Assembly (NCBI RefSeq): GCF_033153115.1
Contig: NW_026889796.1
Location: forward strand, 6,820,001-6,884,000
Origin: Saccostrea echinata
Lineage: Eukaryota
DNA length: 64,000 nt
Direction of reading: 5' to 3'
Below are positions 13,872 to 26,222 of this stretch, one piece after another. How positions within the stretch are numbered: position 1 is the stretch's first letter; every line of letters starts with the position of its first letter. Position numbers and translations under genes: made by a program. The notes beneath the pieces are model-generated. The model had not been told where the DNA came from and searched no databases. It saw only the letters and a list, made by a program, of their open reading frames with translations.

Positions 13872-15490
13872 TATCGAGATGTGTGTTCTTGGCCATGGGA
13901 TAGAAAACACGTGTTGGATAAAATCAAATCCAACCACAAACCATAACAGATTCTTTTTATCACATGTTTTACATAGCTATCACATGTTTAACAATGTTGT
14001 TGTTAATGAATCCATCTTATTTGACCATCATTTTAACGTAAAATCATCGTGATTTCACAACGGTTGATATGAAAACGACATCTTTTGACCGATATCTACT
14101 ATATAAAGGAGTAAACATTTTCGAAAATGCTATATAATTTAAGCGTATTTTCGTGATTTTGTCATTTTGGGATATTGACGCTTAAGAGCGTCCGCGGAAT
14201 ATGGTATTGCACGAATCACCGCTTCTATACTGTAATGAGAAAAAACGCCTCACAAAGATTACGTAAACATGACATCAATATAAGAAGCATGTTTTCTCCA
14301 TTGTGACGTAATGACAGTCAAGTCTGTTCAGTAAGCACTACGTCAGATTATTCAATTTGAGTGATTATAAAATGTAACTGTAATGGACTTCATTAAACGG
14401 TCAATATGTGGTTATAAGGACAAATGTCAAGTGGTGGTAACTTCAGACACAGAAAATAATAGCGACCTCGCAAGCTCAGTGGCTATAACTTATTGAGTTT
14501 TCGGTCAATATCTCTTGACATGGGTCCTTATAACGAAATATTGATCTACACTGAAGTTTATAATTATATAATATCCCAGTAAAGATTATATGATAAAGAT
14601 GTCATGAATTCCAGTTTAGCACACTAACGACTTTATCTTTTTCTCCAGACTTAAAATTGTCTCCAGAATGATTATATAACATCAAAATGTCACTGAAATT
14701 AAATAGAAAACTGCTATTTTTATGTTAAGTAATATTTGTTTATTTAATATCATTTAAGGAAACAGAACACCAAGGACACAAGCAGGAAATAAAATCATAT
14801 CCTACTTAGATATCCTATATTACGTTTATATTCTGGCCAAGGTAGAGATTAGTATACTTGTTTTAGATGTTAAGTCCCTCTTTTAATTATTTCCTCTTTG
14901 TTATTAAATAGTTATATACTCACTTCTATTACTACGACGTTCTCTGACTAAGAATGGTAGGGGCATACTCTGAAAGTAATCACTTCTTTAATAGTATTAT
15001 TAGTTTAAATGGTTGATCATTGAACGAATATGGAGGCATGTTGTTTTATTCCATAAAAAGAATTAGATAAAATTAGAAAAAGTAAAGAAATCAGAGCATT
15101 TATTAAGTAATGAATTTTGCATTGTAAACTTTAAAATAAAAAATGCAAGATTATTTGAACACAAAATCAGTATTTCATTTGATAGGGTTGCTTTTTAGAT
15201 ATAAAATTGTATAAAATCAAAACACATAATCAAAATAATACCTTAGCTCTGTTATTTTCCGTCGAGGAATTTTTCATTTCATTAACCATTTGTGCTTTCT
15301 TTTCGCCATTCTGTGTGCATCCATTCAATTTTACTGAAACCGTATAAACTTGATATTGCAAAAAAATATTCCAAATAACAAGAATGAATACTGCAAAAGA
15401 CAGGAAGACCAAAGCCTTTTTGCAACCCACATGGCTACATGAATAAGCACACGAACAATTGGATTTTTTCTGTGAAAACATGTACTCCAT
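12327..15490 (-). CDS. TNF superfamily ligand, gene 2 (type II membrane protein, about 310 aa), paralog of gene 1
   Basis: Exons 15490-15242, 14969-14924, 13500-13429, 13268-13185, 13085-12914, 12755-12660, 12540-12327 sum to 933 nt in frame. TM ALVFLSFAVFILVIWNIFL, furin motif RERR, and TNF motifs KKVAHL, LRW, IKITSPGIYYVYAQL, SYFGIYQV. Intron phases in the TNF domain match gene 1. Confidence 0.88.
13795..13868. repeat. (AT)n microsatellite
   Basis: Perfect AT run in a gene 2 intron. Confidence 0.95.
14400..14545. repeat. Degenerate intronic inverted repeat (fold-back element)
   Basis: TCAATATGTGGTTATAAGGACAAATGTCAAG pairs imperfectly with CTTGACATGGGTCCTTATAACGAAATATTGA. Confidence 0.6.
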
Positions 15491-15500
15491 TTTTGGGTTT

Positions 15501-15510
15501 GGATTTTCCC
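15501..15510 (-). promoter_or_regulatory. kappaB/Rel-like site GGGAAAATCC upstream of the gene 2 ATG
   Basis: Same 10-mer as in gene 1, 10 nt before the ATG (9 nt in gene 1). Confidence 0.45.
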
Positions 15511-17061
15511 TTCTCAATTATTTAACATTTTTTTGGTTTCAGTCTCAAACTCTATGAGAATGTAGGGAAACGATCGCCACTATCTAAAGAGACGGAGGAC
15601 CGCCTTACTCTCCGCCCCTCTGTTCAAATGTCGTAGCTATTTATGAACTATGCAATCGCAAAACATTAACAAACAAATTAGTGAACAACATGACTTTGCA
15701 AAAATATTGACTACTAGGAAATTTCAGTTTGCAACTTGCATGATTGACAAATCATCAAATACAATAAAAAGTCAAGGACAATAGTGTGAGAAATAGAAAT
15801 TCATAGAATTAAAACTTGCAACTACAGATTGACAATGGATCTAATTATTAGATATCTGCATATTATATCATTGGCTGTTCTGTACATACATCTTAGAAGG
15901 TCATTTTTTAAAATACACCCAATCAAAGGTCATATTTGGAACTTGCATGTTCTGAGTAAAAAAAGAAATTAAAAAAGAAACGTATATGTATGGCTGTGAT
16001 GTCCGTTTTTGAGCATTATTTAAAACTATTCTTTAGAAGATTGTTTAATTAACTTCTTTCCAAAAAAATCCTTTAAGACATTAACCACTTTCCTTACATG
16101 CAATACGTATTGGAAGGCCATTATTAAAAATAAACACATTCAAAAGTCCAAAGATTTGGAACTAGCATATATTCTGTGATAATCTGTGCGAATGGCTGCA
16201 ATGTCTGTATTTGCCCATCACAACTTTTTTTCTGAAGGATGTTTATATGCATTTGTGTACAAAACAAAATACCTTTGCAACATTAACCAACTTCTTAATC
16301 TGTAAAGGTCTCAAAATGTAGGTGACCCAAAGAACCGCATGTGAACGTGGATTTAAGTGCTTTGACTCAAATGTAAACAAGAAGGATTTACAAGCAAATG
16401 TGTTTGTTAAATTGACAAGGTGTATTTTACCTTATCTGGGCAAAAAATTTATTGTATTTAAAATACAAGAATAATCAATTATTCAACAATATATGTAGCA
16501 ACATTAGTTTTACAAGAAACCACACATTTACCCCTTGTGAAGACTCTTGACAAATTGTGTAACCTTCACGGCCTAAGTCAATATTATCTCTAAATATATA
16601 GATATATACCATGGAGAAGCAAATGGCTTCATTTGTTTTATCATTTTCTTGCATCAGTTAATGAGAAATATCTTAAAAACAAATATTTATTTCCAATATA
16701 AGACATTATAACCTCACACTCAGTATGACATTACAAACATGAGTTGAGGTATCTGCTTTTAGAAGCATCTGGTCAATTTCGACTATTGTGATGTCATAAC
16801 CATTGTTGTTTAAAGTTACATAATGAGTCAAAATCATGTATTTCTTTTAAGATAACTATATCATAATGCGGAAGATTTATGAAAAATATGAGTATAGTGA
16901 AGATATGACAAACTCAACTGTACTGCAAAGCAAGAAAAGACTGCAAAATATAAGTGCCGAAAAAACAAAGGTTGTAGTTATCGTGCATATCAAGGTCACG
17001 CAACTTTTATTTTTAGCGTAACCATGTAAACAATATTGAACTAGAGCATACAAAGGTGAGA

Positions 17062-17810
17062 AATGAAATATGGAGATAATGAACAGTATTCAAGTTCAAA
17101 GTCCATTTAGACAATACAAATTGGGAGCAGAGCAAATACGGACCTCCAAAAACATAAGAGGTGGGATCAGGTGCCATGGAGGAGTGAGCACCTCCTGTAG
17201 ACCGGTCGCACCCGCCGTGTTCTCCTTGTCATGACCGGGGAAAAAAAAGGGAAAAATCCGTAGACAATTCAGTGTGTAAATAATGACCAAAAAATTAGTA
17301 TGAAAAACGTCAGTCAGCATTTGACTTAATGATAGGTTGTATTTGCTGACAAGGTCATTGTATCAACCATGAAACTTCCAAAATGATGACTTCAGACGAG
17401 ACTGTTGATATCCTTTTTTCATCAACTTGTTTGTCAAGAGCTTGCCTCGTTTTAGAAATTGTTCATTTGTAGAGCATGCTCTTTCGTATCGAATCAACTG
17501 GGAGATAAAAACCCCATATGCAGGTGATAAGGGTATATTGCTACATAAGTAAGGGAAGTCGACGATTGAAAAAAATGAAGTCATCACGTTTATCATAAAG
17601 CTTTGTTTTAAGGCTACCATTAAAGTCTTTTTCTAGTAAAATATCCAAATATATAAACAGATATGTCAGACTCTGTGGTATCTTTTAGTTCAAGGTCACT
17701 GGGATATATCGAGTCGATATATGAATGGCAGTAACTATTCTTAATTAATAATATGTCGTCGATATATCTAAATGTCGAGTTGAAGGCCACAGCAAATTGT
17801 AATAAACTTT
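17062..17810 (-). mobile_element. Penelope-like retroelement, 3' fragment
   Basis: Frameshifted RT pieces (AFNSTFRYIDDILLI, FPYLCSNIPLSPAYGVFISQLIRY, LKSSF) and the same 3' UTR as the other two copies. Confidence 0.85.
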
Positions 17811-19304
17811 TGAAATGTGGTATCAAAATTTTTGGTCTACCGACATTCAGTTTTTGATACTTGAGACCATGGTAACTTCTACAACCTTTCTACGCACACA
17901 TAAAATAAGGAGGAAGAAGTAAGCAATATTTTCGTCTTGGGCCAGGTAAAAATTATTTTTTTTTCTCCATAAAAGTAGATTTTATAGGTTCCAAAACCTG
18001 TAATTTTCTGAAACCTAATACTTTCAGGAATTGAACAAAATCATTCTTTTTTTGTCAATATTTTCCCGTTTGTGCTTCACAGTGACATTTAACAGAAGGT
18101 TGTTTCCAGTGTAAAAACATCAAGTCAGTATGCCTTTTTCTGAAGATATATCCAGTTTTGACAGGCATTTGTCGAATGTTCGGTTTTGATTAAATTCTAA
18201 AGATATTCAAATACCATATCTTGACAATATAGAAAGAATTGAATAGGAAAAAATTAGAGACGCACTTGTTTATGCCACAAGCTAAAATTTTGAACCGCAC
18301 AAAATACCCTTCATAATGAATGCAGCTGATTAGTTTTACCTAATTTTTACAGAGATAATTGGATTTCAGATGATAGTAAAATGAAATAACTCCACATGTA
18401 ATAAATTCATACTTATCACAATATCTTTAGAAAAATTTTAATTTCGTAAAGGAGAGGGTGAAATTTAGAGGATTGCTTACCATTAACAGGTTTTGGGAAC
18501 GTCAAATGGACTACAAAGAAAGATCGATTTAGAAGCAATATTCATAGAGTTGGTAAATTCGTTGTGTCCTCACCAACAAATATGATCTCAAACTAATTTG
18601 TAAAAGCTTTTTGCTTGAATAAATAAATTTTGATTTTACTAAAATTAACAAGAAATATTGTTTGAATATTCAATAATCTTAATAATCAGTTTATATCTAT
18701 CTTGTACCCAATGGAAAAATCTCCAAAAGAAATAATTTATGTTGAAACCAATAGTTTTTCTCTAAAAACTTCCATTTTTTTTAAAGATAGGTGGGCTGCA
18801 CAAAATTTTTGTTTTCCAGGATTCGATTCAGACGCGTTTCGCTTTTTCGTTAGACAAACCCGTGTTTTAATATGAGAGATATTCATGAAGGTACCGGGGA
18901 GAATTGTTCACAGAGTCTTACATCATGCAACTCATTTTCAAAGACCACAAGGAAGGGGTTAGAAAATCAGCCAGTTTTTTTTTTTAAAATTCATTCATTC
19001 AATCAACGATATAAACAATACAAATAACAAGTTAAAGACAATAATAAATATTTACAACCATTACAAACCGTACTATTTACATTGAATTACAATTTTCATA
19101 TAAACATTACAATGCTGTATTTACAAAATAAATGTGAGGTAGAATTGAAGTATTTACACTTAATAAACCTGTTGCCGACGAATTTCTCTTCCTTTTTTCT
19201 AGGACTCTCAACACTGAGATCGACTTTGACTATGCCATTTAATGAAGTTTATATGATGTTTTGACAAATGTGGAAGTGCTGGAGAATTTGTTCAACAATA
19301 TAAG

Positions 19305-22300
19305 CTAAACAGTAAAAACAGCTCCTTTTTTGTTGAAAATGCCAACTTTAATCAGTCCAAAGAAAGATGCATTCGATGTAAAGACAGCTCGAATCCCAGA
19401 TTTAGAAATATGCCTTATTTCAATTGTATCATCTTTCGCTAGTTTCACCATTCCCATGGTAAAGCAGGATGTTTTGTCTTCGTCGTGCAACATCATGTTA
19501 TTTGAATAACATGCCAAAATAGGAGACTTATCGTTTCTTATGACGTGGTAACCCTGTGTTCCATTTCCCTTTAACGTTATCTACAATAGAAAATTCAACA
19601 CCGGTTTTTAGTGCAAATAAACCTGGGGAAAAACACTCACTTTATATATATATATATATATCAATAGTTTTCAAACAAATTATTATTTAAAACTTCAATA
19701 TTAAAAGGGCTAATTTTTAAAGTTACTAATTTTTGAAACCTGATCAAACTACATGTACATGTAAGAAAGTTCAGAGGTGCATTATTTCTAACATATAGGA
19801 AGTTTTATTTACCAAAGCTTTGCCATGTGCTACTCGGAATATAGTTAATTGTTAGCATTGATAAACGTAATACAATGATTACAAGCACAATCGATCTTTT
19901 CGAAGTACCTAAGACTCACCAAATTATAATAAATTTTATGAGTATATATCTTACTGATAATACCCACCTGTGAATACAAAAGATAGAGCCCAGATTGCTT
20001 CACTTTCAGTTTTCCATTAGGAAAGTCTAGCTCAAACTGCTTTTCTCTTGCTTTTTTTGGTTGATTGAAAAACCAGTCTGCATATTTAAACTTGTGGAAT
20101 GTTCCTGAAAGATTTTCTGTAAATGAAGATCATCCTTTTAGATACCATAACGAAAAAAAAAATCATTTTATTTAAATTACTTGAAACCATTGATACTTTG
20201 AGAAATCATGAAAACATTTTTCAAAATTATAAATTTATAATGAATTATAATGCAATGGACCAAAAACAGAGGGATTTTTCTCTCAGATAATCACTCTTTG
20301 AATAAAATAGTTTGGACTTTAATTTTTGGACAGCAATGATTGAGTGATAATAGAAATCTGTAACGTTTATATATTTTATTATTTGCAACACTAGATAAAA
20401 AAAACTACTCAGCGACACAGCTATGACAGAATACTTCATATTCTCTTTTGTTTCTTTATAACTACATTTTCCATGCTTCTAAAACAATCAAACAAATATG
20501 CAGGTTCTTCCCCAGAATTATAGAGTCAAAACATAAAGAAAAGGGGCATTCTTTTAACAAAGCTAAATTTGATTAAAAGGTGTGATTTTCAAATTTAAGG
20601 CAAGTATTACCGTCGGAATGGTAACCACCTCTCCCAGATGAATGCAAAGCGGGAAGCACAACATTCTAGAAAAATAAGGGTGACAGAATTTGTCACTTCC
20701 ATTTTATTATAAGCCATTCTTAATTCCAGCTTTAATGCAAATGTACGTATAAACCCCCTGCGCAGTAGCCATGCATTGCTAAAAATGAATGTGCGTATAA
20801 GAAAATGACAACACAAGACTGGAATTACCATTAGGTCTATGTTCGTCCTCACACCCAACAACCTGCAGCCCCGTTAACTACAAAAGGAAATATGACTAGA
20901 TTTACCGTAAGCCCAGTGGTCAACTGGTTCATTGCTTATTTCTACCATGCCCTCAACCTGGATAGCTTCTACAGTCTACAATTAGAATTAACCAGATAAA
21001 GTCTCAGGCTTGCAGCCCCGAGATCTCAGATTATCCCCGTATATTAATCTATTTCTGTATGGAGTTTGATCCAAATTGTCTTTATGTGTGATCAAACATA
21101 AACATGTCGACCATAAACAAATATTAAATAGTAAAAATATTAATCATTCTGATTCTAATTCAACTAAAAGTTAATGATTTTTACCTGTTCCAACTCACGT
21201 ATATGCACGTGAAATATGAAAACATCTTATAAATGCTAAATGATAAGAGTAAAAACGTAGATAAATAAAAATTGAATAAATAAAATGTATATAAATGAAA
21301 TATAAAGGTGGAAAATGCATAGGTATATTTTTTACCCAGATAAAAATTAAAAATATATAGAAATATATGATAGAACCTTTCCATTTTTCATCAATGTATT
21401 AAAACACTTAATATCGTCTCAAATATTCTTAAAGGAGCTTTAAATATAAAGGTTTCACGAACAAGACGTGTTAACTTGTAAAAGATTCCCTGATTTTGAC
21501 CAAAGCAAAAAAGACCTGCCGTGAATGGCATATTAACATTAACATATTTTTCAGTAATTGACCCTTTCCGTTGTCACAGTAAGAAATCATAAATTTCATA
21601 CATAATTTTCAAATAATAAGTTTCTTATTAAAGAGCTACACACTCTATGTTCTTTTTATATTCTTTAAAACGAAAATAATAATAATATCAGCATTGTATA
21701 GATTTGTTAAGTGATCCAAAGTCGTTTAGTCTGAAATTTTATTTTCTGCAAAATCTATTTTGGGTTATATAAAACACGAAAAGCTCAGTTACAAATCTCT
21801 TTCTCGTTAATATAAAAATATAAACTAAATGACTTTTACACAGAAGATTTGCACTAAAAACTTTGAAAAAAGACCAAGACATGACGACCTCACCCACTAA
21901 TAACAGGTAAGATGATATTAATAAATTAGTAATGGGCCATGCCCGTGTTAAAGATACAAGGCCATTTAACCGCTCTTTTACAATGACGAGGCAGAAAAAC
22001 ATTAAAAATAGGGAAATCTGTTATTGTTTGCTTTTATCCAATCATTTATTTGCAGAGTAACAGTTCTAAATTAGTATGTGATATGGTGGTATGCATTCGC
22101 CTCATACGTTATGTGCACTTTTATTTTGAAACCCGTGATTCAATATATATATACATGTATACAGCAAAACTTGTCTAATCCGGGCACCACTGGTTCCAAA
22201 GAAATTGGCCGGATTAATTAGACAACAGTCCGGATTAGACAACATTTTATACAAAGGATATTAATGAAAAGATTTTAAAGTTTACATCGTATTAGGCAAG

Positions 22301-25300
22301 ATTTTAGATTATACAGCATTATACGAGATTGGACAAGTTTCACTGTATACTGTACATGAACTTGGATTCATAGCCTCCAAAATCGACCAATAGTATTTGT
22401 GATTACAAAGCATGTTTCTTAGTTGCCATGAAATTACATTTGAAATAGAAAAAGACCCTTAAGATATCATACGTGCAATTTATTATACACACAGTCAAAA
22501 AACCAATTAAATCTCGCTGAAACAATCATAAACATAACTGAATCACACATTGACATTCATAGGTTGGTGCTTTTTTTGCATATTTTTTCAATGTTCCACG
22601 CAGATAACTAGAACATGTAGTTGTTTTTATCTACTTGTGGAAAATTTTAAACACTTATGTTGCCTTTTGGATACATAATTTGCGCACTGTCTACTTGAAT
22701 ATAATTTCATTGATAAGTCCGTCCCATCTTTAGTATATCTAATTCTTTTTGTCGCTTATCATCATATATGAAAATTACAATAAAAGATACACAACATAAA
22801 AATGCTTTATCTACACCCTTTAAATAATCTAAATTTACTTGAATTTATGCTGATTCTTAGAAGAAAGATGACTGAATATAATGATACATATAGATAACAT
22901 TTTTTTTTCGTGTTGAATATATAAAGCAATAGTAATAAATAAGCTATCATTATTTTTATTTAAACTGTTATTAAAACTATTGTTTTCTATCAATGTTTTA
23001 TTTACAAACTGTTCATTCTTAATAAATGAAAAGGGGAAAAATAACAAGGTGATCATTACGGTTTGAATAAAATGAAAACCATGATTGCTCAAAGTATCAT
23101 GAAAAAGTATCAATAAAATTTGTTAACAATTACAAAATGCTTATATTTACCCCTGGGAAAATCAGGATAACTTTCGCCCCCAGTCCCTTCAATATGTACA
23201 GCATCGATCTTAAAAATAACCAAAATATGTCTATTTCAAAAGTTAATTTTCAAATACATAAAAGTGCTAACAATGTATGCTAAAAATTGTTTCCATAACA
23301 AAATACATTATGGACAACAAATATACCATAATTTATTAACCTTAAATAAAAAATGTATTCTTCAATTGTGAATTTATGTTTAAAGAAGGTTTTGGTCAAA
23401 ATAATGGAGCTCCGAACAATTTAGATTTAAAACTAAAGAGCAATTTAGTTTTCATACACAATTTATACACATTTGATTTCATAGCCTCAGAATAAACATA
23501 ATTTATAGAGCTAAATGGCTAAATGCATCAATATTAATATCACCAAATAACAATGAATATGGTCACACATTGAAAAAAAAAAATCTTTCAGACAACAATT
23601 TTAAGAATATAAACTAATCTGATTACTGTGAATTTGAGAAAATCATTTTTCTTTTGCTGCTTTCTTTAAGAGAAACTTATTACCAATTCAAAATTAAAAA
23701 GAAATAATTATAATAACATGAATAGTAAATACAGCATATAAATGTCTGTAGTAAAAAGAATTCTTAGAAACCGATAAAAACTGAAAATTGAAAGACGTTA
23801 ATATAGGGGATGTGCAATTTTCTCCATTTTTGAAACATTCGTACACATTCTCAGGATTTATTCGCGAACAGTGTTTTGTTGATTTTCAAATCTAGTTAAA
23901 CTAAGTACATGTAAGTCTTAATATAAAAATTAATATTTTAAGAAAGAATTTCAAAATCTTCTTTTAATCTTCGATTTTAAAAGTCAACGTAAAACGTCAG
24001 TCCGAGACAACTCGACGTTAACTTTGAAATATATGTAGCGCAGTGTATATTACAAGATGTTTATTTAAATTTGTGACAGAGGAAAAGGGAAAACACTTCT
24101 GAAATGTAATTTCTTATACTGTTTGAGTACTGTAAACGTACTTATTTTAGTGGTAATAATATTTTAGCACTTTTGGCATTCCTTCTTTTCCGCTAATTCA
24201 TGTACACGCTAATACATGATTACAAATAATACATGTTTTAAAACTCAAGTGTGCTTATTATGATTGCGCTATTCAGATAGAGATTGTGCTAAATTCAGTG
24301 CTAATTAATGTACGTTTACAGACTGTTTTGGTGTCTAGTGTCTAGTTTTCAAAAGAAGAATTTTGCACGCCTTTATACAAAGTTATTAAAAAAACTGTGG
24401 TTCTATTCAAGATGTGACGTATTTTCTTGATTTTTTTTGAAGAAAATGTATTTAAAACTACCAAAAATGGAATTTGTAGTGAAATTGTAAATTTTATCCT
24501 TATCCTAAAACATTGAATTTCAGTGTTTCATCATTCAGAAATTTCAGAAGATTGTGTTTCTTTTTTCTCCGGATAATAAACCTTTCATAAGATACTATGT
24601 GTAATACTATATATAATTTTTGAACAAAAGAATTGTGAGACATCATTTATGAAAAATTCTGAATGCAGGAAACGCATGTTTAATTGCAACAATGAGCAGG
24701 AAAAAAAATCAAAGGAATAGCAAATCAGTTCTCAGAGTAAGCCAATTCTAGGTAATTAGAATCTCGAAATTCTTTAAATAGTTCAAAAATAAGATCTCTT
24801 CGATTTCTTTCATTTCTGGAGATTTCGTTCATGTTCTTACCTGTATTCATGAACACACATGGTAGCTATAGAGTAATTTTATGTTTGTATAATATCAATC
24901 TCATTGTTAGAACAATTTTCATCACAACAGAACGCTCATGGCAAATGAAGATATATGTTCAGGGAAAAAAAATCATGTAAATATTAAATGCAATTTAGTA
25001 AATACAAGTTTAAAATTTTTAAAATAGAGCATTTTTGCTAAAAAGACAATAAATTTCGCAAATAAGTTCATCGAGTACTTGACCCAGCCAAGAAGGCGAG
25101 ATGACATACAGCATACAATCAGATGTCCGAGTTCACTCTATAAATTTCTTCATCTATTTACATTCCGTAAAGGGTATTATAGACCCTCAGGATATGAACA
25201 GAAACAGGTCAGATTTTAAATACCCGTCTTGTTTTATACAAGTCTATTTTCAACTAGGAAGTTTATTTCCATTGGTTAGTAATTTAAACCAATTGAATCG

Positions 25301-26162
25301 TTGATATGTGTAAACATATGAAATCTGCTTGCTCTTCGATATTGTTAGATTCTATACATATTCGATACATATGAATTAGTTTTTGATCAAGATTTTAATT
25401 CAAATATTAAAACAATGCGAAAAAGATGCTTTCCCGGATTGAAAGGAGCATTATTTCGAACAATATAAAATTTTTTTTACAATAATTATTGACAATTTTA
25501 ATTCATGTTATAAGAATATAAACACGTCATTAAATTAATCTTTTTCTGCACAAGACATATTCCTGGAATTAAAACATGAAACTAGAAGTTATTTAGTTTC
25601 TGGAAATAAAACTAAATATTAAAGTCAATCCCATGCAATAAAAATAAACATGGAAGGGTTTTCTGGGAAATAAGGGATTGGGAATTATATTTATTAAGTT
25701 TCCACAATCAGTCTTTATTTACAACGTGGAGTTTGACCATTTCACTACAAGCTTGAGGATATTCTTAAGGTAAAAATCTTAACAAATTTTCATTTTAAGA
25801 AGAGCTCATACGTTTAAAAGATGATTTAATGAAACTGATTTGTTAAGGAGAATGGCATTTCTTTATTTACATATATCGGCTGATGTAAGAATACAAGAAA
25901 AATATTTCTAGATACTTGAGCAATCATGTTTACCGTGATAAATGATAAATTTATCTTCATCACATGTTGTGTTGTATGAATTAATTGGTTGGTAATTTCT
26001 CCTTACCTTTCGCTTGCAGCACGATTTGTGCCTGTGTTTATTTGGCTTAGTTTTCTTTCTTTTATCTGCATTTCGTTTTTGTCGGCTTTCAAACAACATT
26101 CCTTTGAGGGTGAAAATATGGTTTACTTCATTCTTCAAACTTGCAGGCTGAAAAAAATATGC

Positions 26163-26222
<60 letters not shown>

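Noticed and set aside
13740-13937. ORFs with IY repeats (also 44744-44971)
   Set aside because: Artefacts of (AT)n microsatellites.
18900-19300. AU-rich elements in TNF 3' UTRs
   Set aside because: ATTTA motifs are expected by chance at this AT content and no clustered array stands out.
20710-20778. Possible further alternative exon (QCMATAQGVY.. or AMHGYC..)
   Set aside because: Good acceptor but no phase-1 GT donor before a stop codon.
21185-21225. AG/GT-bounded segment MFSYFTCIYVSWN
   Set aside because: It ends in phase 2, incompatible with the downstream exon.
22556-22607. Strand-A-like LSAWNIEK segment
   Set aside because: No donor before an in-frame stop; the resemblance may be chance.
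25110-25137. SELGHLIVC segment resembling the AHL motif
   Set aside because: Its phase-1 donor would form TGA with the next exon, and the other donors are out of phase.
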